Source of the DNA: Alphaproteobacteria bacterium
GTDB lineage: Bacteria; Pseudomonadota; Alphaproteobacteria; UBA2966
NCBI GenBank assembly: GCA_964291395.2
Contig: OZ219856.1
Coordinates: forward strand, 2,560,001 to 2,624,000
Reading direction: 5' to 3'
DNA length: 64,000 bases
Shown here piece after piece: positions 20,447-30,813 of the stretch. Position 1 is the stretch's first letter, and each line of letters begins with the position of its first letter. A program made the translations under genes and the position numbers. The notes beneath the pieces were generated by a model. The model worked only from the letters and a program-made list of their open reading frames with translations. It was not told the origin of the DNA and searched no databases.

Positions 20447-20546
20447 GTCTTAGCGCCCCAAGAGATGTCCGGGTCGGCGATCAAGAACCTCCACCCGGTA
20501 CAAGCCCCGAGAAAGACGCAAGGGGGCGGCCACACGCCAGAAGAGG

Positions 20547-22319
20547 TCAGGCCTGGGCGCGCCCTCGTGACGCTCTCAAGCGCTCCGTCGCCTCGGCGTC
20601 GACCGTGCGGCCCCGGGCGTCGAGCACGACGCCATAGAGCGCTTCGGCAGCCTCGCGGCTTAGAACGCCGTCTCGCGTGTCGCGCAGCACGCGTTCCGGG
20701 TCGCGGTTCAGAGGATCGCCCCAGCCGCCGCCGGCCGGCGACCAGGCTCGCAGCCGCAAGGGATCGTACGTCTCCACTCCGTACTGCGGAGCTTCGAGCT
20801 CGGTCCCATCCTCGAACGTCAACGTCATCCGTCCGGCTTCCCCCGTGCCGCCGCCGCCGATGCCGAATCCCGACGGGTGGATGAGCCCCTCCCCGCGGAA
20901 CGAATATTCCGCCTGCTCCTGCACGGCCACTTCGTAGTCGATCCCCGTGCCGCCCCGGAATTCGCCGGGCCCGGCGGAGTCGCAACGGTATTCCTGACGG
21001 ATGAAACGGGTCGGATAGCGTTGCTCACAGACTTCGACATTGTTCATCACGATGCCACCCAGCGAGCCGATGTGGCCGAACTGGTTGAACCCGTCCCGTC
21101 CCTTCACGCCTCCCGAGCCCGACATCGTATTCCAGTGATACATGACCCACGGGTTGGGAGTTCCCATACCCCCGGACGTGAGGCCGTGGATACTCTTGCC
21201 CCACCCGGCGCAGGCGCGCACCGGATCCGCCTTCCCCATCGCCTTCCAGACGACGTGGCCGATCTCGTGTGCGGCCGCTGCCGTGCAAAACGTCATGGGG
21301 GCCGGCGGACGCGGGTTGACGACCGTTCCTTCGGGCAAAATGACGTCGATGGCCCGAAACGCGCCGCCGTTGCGGGGCATGTCGGCGTCGAAGTACGCCG
21401 TGATAGCCAGGTACACGGCCGAATGCGTGTTCACGTAGGAACTGTTCTTGAATCCGCGCATCTGGGGGTCCGTACCGTCGAAGTCGACCGTCACATGGTC
21501 TCCGTCGATCGTCACGGCCGCGCGGATGCCGATGTCGACCTCCTCAAAGCAATCGGTGTGGGTGTACTCCTCGGCCTCGTAGCGGCCATCCGGCAGAGTG
21601 GCGAGCGCCGCCCGGAGGCGGCGTTCGCCATGGTCGAGTATGGCGCCGATCAGGTTGAGCGTCGTCTCGACGCCCAATTCGCGCGTGATTCCCGCGATGC
21701 GTTCCGCCCCGATCCGTGTCGATCCGACCATGGCGCGCAGGTCGCCATCCATGAGGTCCGGCGTGCGCGAATTGAGCAGCAGCAATTGCCAGAGGTCCCG
21801 ACGCATCGTTCCCTGCTCGACCAGGCGCATGACCGGCAATCGGATGCCCTCTTGCCAGATCTCCGTGGCGCGCGAGTTGTACGTACCGGCGGCGCCCCCG
21901 CCGATATCCGACTGGTGCGCCCGGTTGCAAGTGAAGCCGATGAGCTCGCCGTCGACGATGATGGGACGCGAGATCACCCAATCGGGTGGATGGTTGCCGC
22001 CGGCGGCGTACGGGTCGCTGGAGACGAACACGTCGCCTTCCGAGATACGGTCGCCGAATACCCGGAGAACGGCGGCAACCGTGAATCCGCCGCCCCCGGT
22101 GTGGATGGGGATGCCGTCCGACTGGCTCAACAGCGTTCCCTCGCGATCCGTCATGAAACACGAGAAGTCGTGGGAATCGGTGAGGATCGGGCTGCACGCG
22201 GTGCGCGTCATGATCCAACCCATATGCCGGCAGGTATCGTCGAACAGACCCTGGGTCAGGGCCAGGGTTACGGGGTCGACGCCCGCGTCCACCGCGGGTT
22301 CCGCAGCGAGCGCGTTCAT
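20547..22319 (-). CDS. Hydantoinase B / 5-oxoprolinase family protein
   Basis: DPVTL, RTACSPIL..SHDFS, DPYAAGGNHPPD, AHQSDIGG, QEGIRLP, SAGPGEFRGG, GGGWGDP. Confidence 0.93.
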   Translation of the reverse strand: MNALAAEPAVDAGVDPVTLALTQGLFDDTCRHMGWIMTRTACSPILTDSHDFSCFMTDREGTLLSQSDGIPIHTGGGGFTVAAVLRVFGDRISEGDVFVSSDPYAAGGNHPPDWVISRPIIVDGELIGFTCNRAHQSDIGGGAAGTYNSRATEIWQEGIRLPVMRLVEQGTMRRDLWQLLLLNSRTPDLMDGDLRAMVGSTRIGAERIAGITRELGVETTLNLIGAILDHGERRLRAALATLPDGRYEAEEYTHTDCFEEVDIGIRAAVTIDGDHVTVDFDGTDPQMRGFKNSSYVNTHSAVYLAITAYFDADMPRNGGAFRAIDVILPEGTVVNPRPPAPMTFCTAAAAHEIGHVVWKAMGKADPVRACAGWGKSIHGLTSGGMGTPNPWVMYHWNTMSGSGGVKGRDGFNQFGHIGSLGGIVMNNVEVCEQRYPTRFIRQEYRCDSAGPGEFRGGTGIDYEVAVQEQAEYSFRGEGLIHPSGFGIGGGGTGEAGRMTLTFEDGTELEAPQYGVETYDPLRLRAWSPAGGGWGDPLNRDPERVLRDTRDGVLSREAAEALYGVVLDARGRTVDAEATERLRASRGRAQA

Positions 22320-22487
22320 CCGACCGCCCGAGATACGAAGTGTATTTCCATGGCGAGACTCCGGATTGTCCGTCTGGAGCGGATCATTATACCTCTCCCA
22401 ACGATCGCGTCGGGCGGGTGTCAGTCGGCATGAACCAAGAACAGCCTGGTCGCTTGGGCCCGGGTGGTCGGCGCGCCTGATAGTGCC

Positions 22488-23912
22488 TCATATCGGAGGG
22501 CCGAATGTTTGCCAGCCTGACTCGCGCTCATACGCGCGGCCTACGCGAAAAAGCGACGCTTCGTCGTTGGGCCGGCCGATCAGTTGGAACCCAACCGGCA
22601 CCCTGTTGTGATCCAATCCAGCCGGCAGACTCAATGCGGGCAGATGGAACGCGTTGATGGGGCGGGTGGTGTGGCTAACCCGTGCGGAGAGCTCCAGATA
22701 GTCGTCGCGGGTATCCGGGTCCGATTCGGCAATCGTGGGAACCGGCGTCGGTACGACGGGCGCATGAAGCATGTCGGCCTGGTCGAACACGGCGGCGGAA
22801 AATTCCGCCAGCAATCTCTCGCGCTGTTCGAGTGCTTCCGCGTAGCGCGTGGCCGGGATGTCGAGGCCGGGTGCGAGCCTCTGGCACGTCCACGCCGTAT
22901 AGTCGTCAGGCCGGTCATTGATCCACTTCTGATGGTATCGGGCCGCTTCGAACTGAAAGACGATTCGGTGCATTTCCAGAGCCTCGTCGAGAGACTCCGG
23001 TAACCGTATGTGCACGATGTCGGCGCCTGCCGTGCGCAACGAGGCGAGACTCGTGTCGAGATGTTGCCGCACCTCTTCATCGACGTGGTCGTAAAAATAG
23101 TCTTCCGAGACCGCGATTCTGACACGCCTCGCGCCGTCCTCGATGTCGGAAACGTAGTCCGGAACGGGAGAGGCATTGGATGCCGGATCATTTGAATCGT
23201 GTCCGGCGATGACACCAAGCATCAGCGCGCTGTCCTTCACGGTCCGCGTCATGGCGCCGACGTGATCCCACGACGTTGAAAGCGGCATAGCGCCGTAGCG
23301 GCTCACCCGGCCATAGGTAGGCATGATACCGACCACGCCACAACATGACGCCGGCACTCGGATCGACCCGCCGGTGTCCGACGCCAGGGCCCCGTATATG
23401 AGCCGCGCCGCCACGGCAGAGGCGGGGCCGCTCGACGATCCGCCCGTTCCGTGATCCGTGTTCCAAGGATTGCGAGGTGTTCCCGTGATCGGGTTATGAC
23501 CGTACACGGGCGCGCCGGTCGCAAACTCCGTCATGTTCAGGCGCGCAATGTCGAGCGCGCCCGCCAAGTCGAGGCGCTTGAGAACGTGTGCCGTGTGGTC
23601 GGGTCGATAGTCCGCGAGAATGCGCGATCCGCAGGCGCTGATCTGTCCCTGGCGATAAAACATGTCCTTATGCGCCAGTGGCACGCCGTGGAGGGGTCCA
23701 CGCACGCGACCGGCGGCGAGCTCTTCGTCGGCCCTTTTCGCCGCGGCCAGCGCAGCACCGGGCTCGCACCGGACGACAGAGCGGTGCTGCCGGCCCAACG
23801 TAGCGATCCGATCCAGACATACGCGCGTTGCTTCACGTGACGTGAGCCGGCCGTCAGCGATGCAGGCGGCCACCGTATTCAAGCTCAGGTCAGCGATTTC
23901 GTCGTCGTTCAT
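22488..23912 (-). CDS. Amidase signature family protein
   Basis: GPLHGVPLAHKD, GGSSSG, SDTGGSIRVPA, GFQLIG. Confidence 0.93.
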   Translation of the reverse strand: MNDDEIADLSLNTVAACIADGRLTSREATRVCLDRIATLGRQHRSVVRCEPGAALAAAKRADEELAAGRVRGPLHGVPLAHKDMFYRQGQISACGSRILADYRPDHTAHVLKRLDLAGALDIARLNMTEFATGAPVYGHNPITGTPRNPWNTDHGTGGSSSGPASAVAARLIYGALASDTGGSIRVPASCCGVVGIMPTYGRVSRYGAMPLSTSWDHVGAMTRTVKDSALMLGVIAGHDSNDPASNASPVPDYVSDIEDGARRVRIAVSEDYFYDHVDEEVRQHLDTSLASLRTAGADIVHIRLPESLDEALEMHRIVFQFEAARYHQKWINDRPDDYTAWTCQRLAPGLDIPATRYAEALEQRERLLAEFSAAVFDQADMLHAPVVPTPVPTIAESDPDTRDDYLELSARVSHTTRPINAFHLPALSLPAGLDHNRVPVGFQLIGRPNDEASLFRVGRAYERESGWQTFGPPI

Positions 23913-24215
23913 GGCCGCTTACCGAAAGGTTCGCCAAGATTTGGCGGCGTCTTGGCTGAAGCACGTGAATGTCCGGCCAATTTCGAGGCCTTGCCCAAGT
24001 ATGTGCAAGAACATACCGCACACATAAAGACGGCGTGAGCGCCACCTGCAATCGATGGCGCATCCGTGGACGCCGCGACCGGACCGCCCCGACGCCTCTC
24101 GTGGAGAATTTTGGCAGCGCCGACTACACTCCGCTCAACTGCCCTCGAGCCCCGTGATCGAAACCGAAAACTCTCAGACGAACCGGCCCCAAACATCGGA
24201 GAAGGTCAACTCCAC

Positions 24216-26261
24216 ATGCCGTGTCGACAAATCTGCCTGACAACTGCGCTGCTGCTCGCACTCGTCAGCGCTCAATCGACCCCGGCACATGCGCTGTCGG
24301 CCGACACACTGAAGTCGGTCGTTTCGGTGTTGCCCGTCTGGCCCGGGCGAGCCCAAGCCGGCGCCGGCGGATCTCCGGGCGTCGCGCCGGAAGGAAGCGG
24401 GGTGGTTTTGAAACCCGGACTTATTGCGACGGCCTGGCATGTGGTCAAGCCCGCCAAGCGGATCGACATTCGTCTTTCGGACGGACGCATCCTGCCAGCG
24501 CAGCTGATTGCAAAGGACGCCGCGAGCGACATCGCCGTACTGGGCGTTGAAGTTGAGCTTGTGCCGATCGAGATCGCGCCTGCGCCGCAACTTACGCAGC
24601 CGGTATGCGCCGTCGGCAACGCATACGGCCTGGGCCTTTCCGTGACATGCGGCGTGGTTTCCGCGCTGAACGTATCCGACGCAGGTTTCAACCCTGTGGA
24701 AGACTTCGTCCAGACGGATGCCGCTGCGAACCCGGGCGTGTCGGGTGGAGCGTTGGTGGACGCGGAAGGTCGCCTGGCGGGCATGATGTCGGCGATCTTC
24801 GCCTCCGAGGGCGATACCAATATCGGCGTTAATTTTGCCACTTCGACCGAGCTGCTCCTGCGGGTCGTCGAGGCACTTATTTCCGATGGTGAGGTCCGGT
24901 ATCCTTCACCCGGCTGGCGGCTGGAGGCCGCCGGGCGCGATCAGTTGGCCACAGTGGCCGCGCCGGTGATCAGCGAGGTGAGCGACGGCGGTCCGGCGGC
25001 CACGGTGGGCATCGCACCCGGCGACATGATCCTGAAAATCGGCTTGCGCCGGGTTCGGACGCCTCGCGACGCACTCGCCGCGCTTGCCGTTGTTCCCGAC
25101 GTCAGCGCGCCACTCGACATTACCTTGCAACGTGACGGGCAACGGCGCGTCGTCGCTCTGTCTTTTGATGCAGCACCGACGGTGTCCGACGCGCCGGACA
25201 CATCGGAATCGCTCGGAGACTGCCCCCATCCGGCGCCGGTCTGCCGCGTCCGACAGGCGGTTTTCCCGGTCTCCGGCTTCGATCCAATCGCCAGCGCAAC
25301 ACGGATCGGACCCACGCTCCTGGTCACGAACCGGCATGTCGTGGCAGACCGACCGGATGCGGTCGTCCACACCCCCGATGGGCCAAAAGGCGCAAGGGTG
25401 ATCCCCTCGGCCTACCTCGGCGATCTGGCACTGCTCGAGGTTCAGGGTCTGCCCGGGGATGGGTTCATTCCGGACCTCGAGGGGGAAGTCTCGGACGATG
25501 GCGCATTCTACGCCGTCGGCGCCGATATAGCCCGGAAAGAGGTGCGCGTCTTCGACCCCGGCGGGTTGATTGCGGGGCCGGCGGAAGGCGCAGATCTGGG
25601 ACGGCTCCACGTTCGGTCACGCATGCAACCCGGCGTCAGTGGCGGGGCCCTCGTGGACCGGCGAGGCGAATTGGTGGGGATTGCCGTGGGCGGCGGCGAC
25701 GGACGTTTCGAGGCGGTGACTCTGGAAGGCGTCCGCGCACTTTTGGCTTTGCGCACCGACGCTGCGGCCGCCGACGTGACGCGCCGGCTGGGAACGGCCC
25801 TGTCGGAGTGTGCGGCCAGGATGAGCGCAATTCAGGCGCGCACGGCGGACGAATCCGACCGTGATACGCTGTTTGAAACCTGCGCCGCGACGATGAACCA
25901 TGGTCAGCTGCTCGAAGCCGGGCGCATCCTGGCGCGGGCCGGCGATTTTGACGGCGCCATAGCTCTACATGGTCAGGCTGCCGAGCAGGTCCCGAACTCG
26001 ATCAACGCACGGATCTCGCTATTGGTGTCGCTGCAGCTCGCCGGACGCTTCGATGAGATGACAGGGCACGCACGTCGGCTGATGCTCATGGCACCCGAGG
26101 ACCCCCAGGCCTTGCGGTTTGCAATACAGTCCGGCGTCTGGGGAAACGCGCCGGCACTCGCCGAAGAAGCCTATCGGGCGCTCGTGAAGGCAGATCCGCG
26201 ACAGGCCGAGGCCGCCCGCCGGTTCATCGACAATGCACCGCCTGCGCCGGTGCGTCGATAG
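24216..26261 (+). CDS. Exported trypsin-like (HtrA-type) protease: trypsin-PDZ-trypsin-TPR-like
   Basis: Domain 1 has TAWHVV / DIAVL / NPGVSGG; a PDZ-like segment GGPAATVGIAPGDMI follows; domain 2 has TNRHVV / DLALL / QPGVSGG; C-terminus is helical and Ala-rich. Confidence 0.85.
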   Translation: MPCRQICLTTALLLALVSAQSTPAHALSADTLKSVVSVLPVWPGRAQAGAGGSPGVAPEGSGVVLKPGLIATAWHVVKPAKRIDIRLSDGRILPAQLIAKDAASDIAVLGVEVELVPIEIAPAPQLTQPVCAVGNAYGLGLSVTCGVVSALNVSDAGFNPVEDFVQTDAAANPGVSGGALVDAEGRLAGMMSAIFASEGDTNIGVNFATSTELLLRVVEALISDGEVRYPSPGWRLEAAGRDQLATVAAPVISEVSDGGPAATVGIAPGDMILKIGLRRVRTPRDALAALAVVPDVSAPLDITLQRDGQRRVVALSFDAAPTVSDAPDTSESLGDCPHPAPVCRVRQAVFPVSGFDPIASATRIGPTLLVTNRHVVADRPDAVVHTPDGPKGARVIPSAYLGDLALLEVQGLPGDGFIPDLEGEVSDDGAFYAVGADIARKEVRVFDPGGLIAGPAEGADLGRLHVRSRMQPGVSGGALVDRRGELVGIAVGGGDGRFEAVTLEGVRALLALRTDAAAADVTRRLGTALSECAARMSAIQARTADESDRDTLFETCAATMNHGQLLEAGRILARAGDFDGAIALHGQAAEQVPNSINARISLLVSLQLAGRFDEMTGHARRLMLMAPEDPQALRFAIQSGVWGNAPALAEEAYRALVKADPRQAEAARRFIDNAPPAPVRR

Positions 26262-26266
26262 CGCGG

Positions 26267-27562
26267 TCACTCCGATAGCGGGTCGGGAATCCAACCGGCC
26301 GCGACGACGCCTTCACGCTCAAACGGAGACGGTGCCGCGCGGGCCAGGATGCGGGCCTTGAGCTCGGCCGAGCTCAGCCCCGGGTTCCGCGCCAGTAACC
26401 TGGCCGCAAGGGCGGCGAGACGCGGAACCGCGTAGCTGGAGCCGGAGGCGATCCCGGATGCGCCGCGAAAATCGACGATCTCCAGGTTCTCGGCCGGCAG
26501 CATCACATCGACACTCACCGCTCCCCAGTTCGATCCCGAAGCAAGGCGCCCGAAGCCGTCGGCCGAGGTTACGGTGACGATGTTTTCGAGCGCGGACGCG
26601 GCCGGAAAGACAGGGTCTTTGTCGATATCGCGGCCGTCGTTTCCGGCTGAAACGATGGCCAAGATGTCGAGCCCGCGAAGCGCGTTCTCGAAAGCGCGCC
26701 AGTCTTCGGGCCTGCGGCTGCCCAGCGGCACGGCGAGGATGCGGGCGCCCGCATCGGCCGCGCGCGCGACCAGATCGCCCATGCGCCTCATGTCGGGGCG
26801 CGGATAGCGGAACGGGATCAGCGCGGCGTGGGGCGCTTCCCGCGCGAGCACCGATGCGGTCGCCGTACCGTGACGGATCGGAAGGAAGGGTCCGCGCGAG
26901 ACGTCCCCGTCGTACGGCCAGGGATCGAGGTCCCAATAGTCATAGCCCAGGGGCATTCCTTCGCCGTCGCGGGCCAGTCGGTTCCGAAACATCGGTAGAT
27001 CGTAGGCCAGGCCCGAGTCCACAAGGGCGACCCGAATACCGCCGGGGTCTCTCCCCTCAGGCCAGGGGGCCTGCAAGGTCTCGGTCCATCTTGGCGTCTT
27101 GAGATCGCCTTCCAGCTGATCGAGGTATTGCCGAACATCTCCGTCTGCCCGGATCGCCCGACCGGATCGAACGGTGCACCCGCCATCGGCTATGGCCTGA
27201 AGAGACGGCCGAGCGCCGTCGCCGTCGTGCGCGGCGTAGGAAACCAGGAACCGGCGAAGCCTGCCGTCGAACTGCCGCCGCTCGATGATGAGTTCGTCGG
27301 CTCCCGGCAGCAGAAGGCGAACCACGATACGGCGCGGGTCTCGATTGTCGGGCTGACGGGTCTCATCCAGAAACCAGCTGCCGGGTATGGCGTTCTGTGC
27401 ATCGAGGCCGAATAGTCCGGGCTGCGGGCATACCCGTTCGACGGCGAGACGCAGCCAGTGCGCTTCGTCCCTGTTGCTGTCGGCGATCGATCCAGTCGGC
27501 ACCGCAATCATCGAAGCGAGTACGAACAGTCCGCCGGGGGTCCGCATGAGAAAGCGTCTCAT
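26267..27562 (-). CDS. Exported S8 (subtilisin-like) serine peptidase
   Basis: VALVDSG, HGTATA, SAGNDG, SNWG, SGSSYAVP. Confidence 0.85.
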   Translation of the reverse strand: MRRFLMRTPGGLFVLASMIAVPTGSIADSNRDEAHWLRLAVERVCPQPGLFGLDAQNAIPGSWFLDETRQPDNRDPRRIVVRLLLPGADELIIERRQFDGRLRRFLVSYAAHDGDGARPSLQAIADGGCTVRSGRAIRADGDVRQYLDQLEGDLKTPRWTETLQAPWPEGRDPGGIRVALVDSGLAYDLPMFRNRLARDGEGMPLGYDYWDLDPWPYDGDVSRGPFLPIRHGTATASVLAREAPHAALIPFRYPRPDMRRMGDLVARAADAGARILAVPLGSRRPEDWRAFENALRGLDILAIVSAGNDGRDIDKDPVFPAASALENIVTVTSADGFGRLASGSNWGAVSVDVMLPAENLEIVDFRGASGIASGSSYAVPRLAALAARLLARNPGLSSAELKARILARAAPSPFEREGVVAAGWIPDPLSE

Positions 27563-27643
27563 GTACCGATGATTCCACCACCGAGAACAAGTGTGACGAT
27601 CTGTCGCTTGTTCATTTCAGAGATATTCCCAAGGTTGGAGTAA

Positions 27644-28525
27644 TCACCCCGCAAAGAACGGTTCCGGAATCCCCCTTGAACCCGTCCCGTAGATCGCAAA
27701 CAAAGCACCCCCGAGTGGCGAGAGCTCCTTGTCTCCAGGCTGGACCTCGTAACCGATCGACGTGACGTACAGCACGTCGAGATTCTTACCTCCAAACGAA
27801 CACATGCTGGGGTACCGCACGGGCATCGGGATCGTCCGCATGCGTTGGCCTTGGGGGTCGTACTGGGCCACTTCCCAGCCATCGATGTGGGCCGCCCAGT
27901 AGCAACCCTCGGCATCGACCGTTGCGCCGTCGACCCGGCCGGGAATATCTTCGGTCGAGATGAAATCCCGGCGGTTTTCGATTTCGCCCGTCTCGATATC
28001 GAAGTCGAAGGCATAGACCGTGTTGCCGCGGGAATTCGCGTAGTACAGGACCTTGTCGTCCGGACTCCAGCCTAGTCCGTTGGAGACGACGACACCCTCG
28101 GCCATCTTCGTACAGGACAAATCCGTATCCAGACGATATAGCGCGCCGAGTGGATCCCTCAGGTTCATGTCCATCGAGCCGCACCAGTATCGCCCCCGCC
28201 GGTCGCACTTGCCGTCGCTCAATCGTGTGCTGGGATGATCGGGGTCGGGATCGATGATGTACGTGAACGATCCTGTTTCCAGATCGACAAAATGGAAGCC
28301 GGCATGCATGCCGGCGACGAGCCCGCCCTGTTCGCGGAACACGATGGAACCGATTTTCATAGGGGCGTCCCAGACGGTGACGATGTCGGTTTCGGGGTCG
28401 AGGCGCTGGATTTTCTGGCCGTTGATGTCGACCCAGTAGAGGGCGTTTTCCCGGCAGTTCCAGTTTGGGCTCTCGCCCAATTCGTTGGGGCCCTTCCAGA
28501 TACAGGCCACTTCGGGTTGGGCCAT
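27644..28525 (-). CDS. SMP-30/gluconolactonase/LRE family protein
   Basis: LGESPNW, LYWVDI, DGKCDRRGRYW, SNGLGWSPD, DGATVDAEG, FGG..LDVLYVTS; start at ATG 28525. Confidence 0.92.
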   Translation of the reverse strand: MAQPEVACIWKGPNELGESPNWNCRENALYWVDINGQKIQRLDPETDIVTVWDAPMKIGSIVFREQGGLVAGMHAGFHFVDLETGSFTYIIDPDPDHPSTRLSDGKCDRRGRYWCGSMDMNLRDPLGALYRLDTDLSCTKMAEGVVVSNGLGWSPDDKVLYYANSRGNTVYAFDFDIETGEIENRRDFISTEDIPGRVDGATVDAEGCYWAAHIDGWEVAQYDPQGQRMRTIPMPVRYPSMCSFGGKNLDVLYVTSIGYEVQPGDKELSPLGGALFAIYGTGSRGIPEPFFAG

Positions 28526-28752
28526 GCCCGCCTCCGTCCGTTCGTTGAGGGGCACCGTGCGTTCCGCGGTCACCTCGGATATGTCAGCATATGCGCAGGC
28601 GTTGTCGGACAAAAATGGATCGACGCGCAGACGGAGCGGCGACACGCCGGAGCGGCCTGTTGGATCCGAGCCGGGGATCCCGGAGGAAATCACGGCAAGA
28701 GTCCCGTGCGTAATCAGATCCGCAAGAGAAGGCCCGAAGGAAGCACCGGACG

Positions 28753-29391
28753 ATGAAACGGCTCGAGGAAGATTTATGGCAGAGCACGATTCACCGTTCG
28801 GGCATCCTGAACGCCCACGCCTACTTTCTCGAGCGTCCGTCAGGCAACATCCTGTTCTACAACACTGGCGATAAGGGCGATCTGCGGCACATGTCCGAAC
28901 GTGGCGGTATCGCCTATCAGCTTCTCACACACCGGGATGAGGCCGGCCCATCGCAGACCCGGATCAGGAATCGGTTCGGCTGCAAGCTCGGCTGCAGTGC
29001 GATCGAAGGGCCGTTCGTCTCCGCCCACGGGAAGGCCGATCTCCTGTTCGAGACGGGCGACGACCGGATCGAGGACATCGATATCATCCACACGCCGGGG
29101 CACACGGCGGGCAGCATCTGCTTTTTCTACCAATCCCCGTACGGCAAGTCCTATCTCTTCAGTGGCGACACGATTTTCCAGCGGAACGGAGAATGGTCGA
29201 CTCTGGTGCTCCCCGATTCCGGCGGCAGCGCGGCCGCCCTGGCCGAGAGCATGGCCAAGCTGCGTGACACCAGCCCGGATATCGTGATGAGCAGCGGATT
29301 TGTCGGCGATGTGGCGTATCGAGAGGTCACGCGCGAGGACTGGACGGCGGCGCTCGACGACAGAATCACCCATCTCAATGCCTCGTCCTGA
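28753..29391 (+). CDS. MBL-fold metallo-hydrolase
   Basis: LTHRDE, HTPGHTAGS, LFSGD. Confidence 0.85.
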   Translation: MKRLEEDLWQSTIHRSGILNAHAYFLERPSGNILFYNTGDKGDLRHMSERGGIAYQLLTHRDEAGPSQTRIRNRFGCKLGCSAIEGPFVSAHGKADLLFETGDDRIEDIDIIHTPGHTAGSICFFYQSPYGKSYLFSGDTIFQRNGEWSTLVLPDSGGSAAALAESMAKLRDTSPDIVMSSGFVGDVAYREVTREDWTAALDDRITHLNASS

Positions 29392-29593
29392 ACGGGCCGA
29401 TGCCGTGGGCAGGCTGGCGTTCATCAACGGGTATGAACGTCGCCTTTCCAGCGCCGCTTCCTTTCCGTTTCCCATCCTCCGCCCGACCGGAGGGTGTGCA
29501 CGGGGTGTCTGCTATCGCATAGGGCACGGCAGGAGAGCCGAGCGGGACCTCCGCTACCGACAAACGCGGGCACCAAACGTTGGATTCAATCCC

Positions 29594-30589
29594 CTAGCTT
29601 TCGAGTTCGGACGGCCGCTCGACGGGGTCGGGCTCCTGCCGGTTCGCGAAAGACTTGGTCTTGTCGAAAATATGATCGCCTTCCCCGAACGCATCGGCGC
29701 TGGCGCCCACGATCAGAGGATCGGGATGGCCCACGACGTGGAGATCCTTGTCCGCATAGGGCAGCGCCGAGAGAAAGTGCCTCATGCAGTTCAGCCGGGC
29801 GCGTTTCTTGTCGTCGGACTTGATAATCGTCCAGGGCGCGTCGGCGGTGTCGGTATAGAAGAACATGGCCTCCTTGGCGTCGGTATAGGCCTCCCACTTG
29901 TCCAGCGACTGACGGTCGACCGGCGACAGTTTCCACTGTTTCAGGGCGTCGTTCTCCCGAGCCTCGAAACGGCGTCTCTGCTCCCCTTGCGTGACGGAAA
30001 ACCAGTATTTGAACAGGATGATTCCACTGCGCACGAACATGCGCTCCAGCTCCGGCGCCTGACGCATGAACTCCAGATACTCCTTGGCGTTGCAGAACCC
30101 CATCACCCGCTCGACGCCGGCGCGGTTGTACCACGAGCGGTCGAACAGAACGATCTCGCCACCTCGCGGCAGGTGGCGGATATAACGCTGGAAAAACCAC
30201 TCGGTCTTTTCGCCTTCGGTCGGCTTGTCGAGCGCCACCACACGGGCGCCGCGCGGATTGAGATGCTCGGTGAACCTCTTGATGGTCCCGCCCTTGCCGG
30301 CGGCATCCCTTCCTTCGAACAGGATGACGACCTTCCCCCTCGTCTCCTTCACCCACTCCTGGACCTTCAGCAGCTCCACCTGCAGTTCGGCCTTCTGCTT
30401 CTCGTAGACCTTGCGGGTGAGTTTCTGCTTGTAGGGATACTCGCCGGTCTCGAAAATCCGGCGAATGGCGTCGTGGTCCCGGCGCAACGCAGCCACGGTA
30501 TCCGCGTTGCCGGCACCGTCCCCGCCACGAGTGGTTCCGGCCCCCAACTCATCCGCCGACGGCCTTCCGGCGGCATTCGCTTTCACCAT
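29594..30589 (-). CDS. ppk2: Polyphosphate kinase 2
   Basis: FEGRDAAGKGG, FDRSWYNRAGVERVMGF, WKLSP, KKRARLN. Confidence 0.96.
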   Translation of the reverse strand: MVKANAAGRPSADELGAGTTRGGDGAGNADTVAALRRDHDAIRRIFETGEYPYKQKLTRKVYEKQKAELQVELLKVQEWVKETRGKVVILFEGRDAAGKGGTIKRFTEHLNPRGARVVALDKPTEGEKTEWFFQRYIRHLPRGGEIVLFDRSWYNRAGVERVMGFCNAKEYLEFMRQAPELERMFVRSGIILFKYWFSVTQGEQRRRFEARENDALKQWKLSPVDRQSLDKWEAYTDAKEAMFFYTDTADAPWTIIKSDDKKRARLNCMRHFLSALPYADKDLHVVGHPDPLIVGASADAFGEGDHIFDKTKSFANRQEPDPVERPSELES

Positions 30590-30813
30590 ATCGTCCTCCG
30601 CAGGATCGCCCTCTTGATCACCAACGCGTCATCACGTTCGTACCGACAACTCATCAGGCACCATTCCTCTTCCGACAGCTTAGCTGCGCCCGGACCCGAC
30701 CTCCACCCGTTCGTTCAAAACGGGCGTCGTTGAGCGCCCGGTACGCGTCCGCAGCCGCATCCCTGAAAAGAGAAGAAGGGGTGTAATCGCGGCCGCGAAA
30801 ACGTCAACCACCG

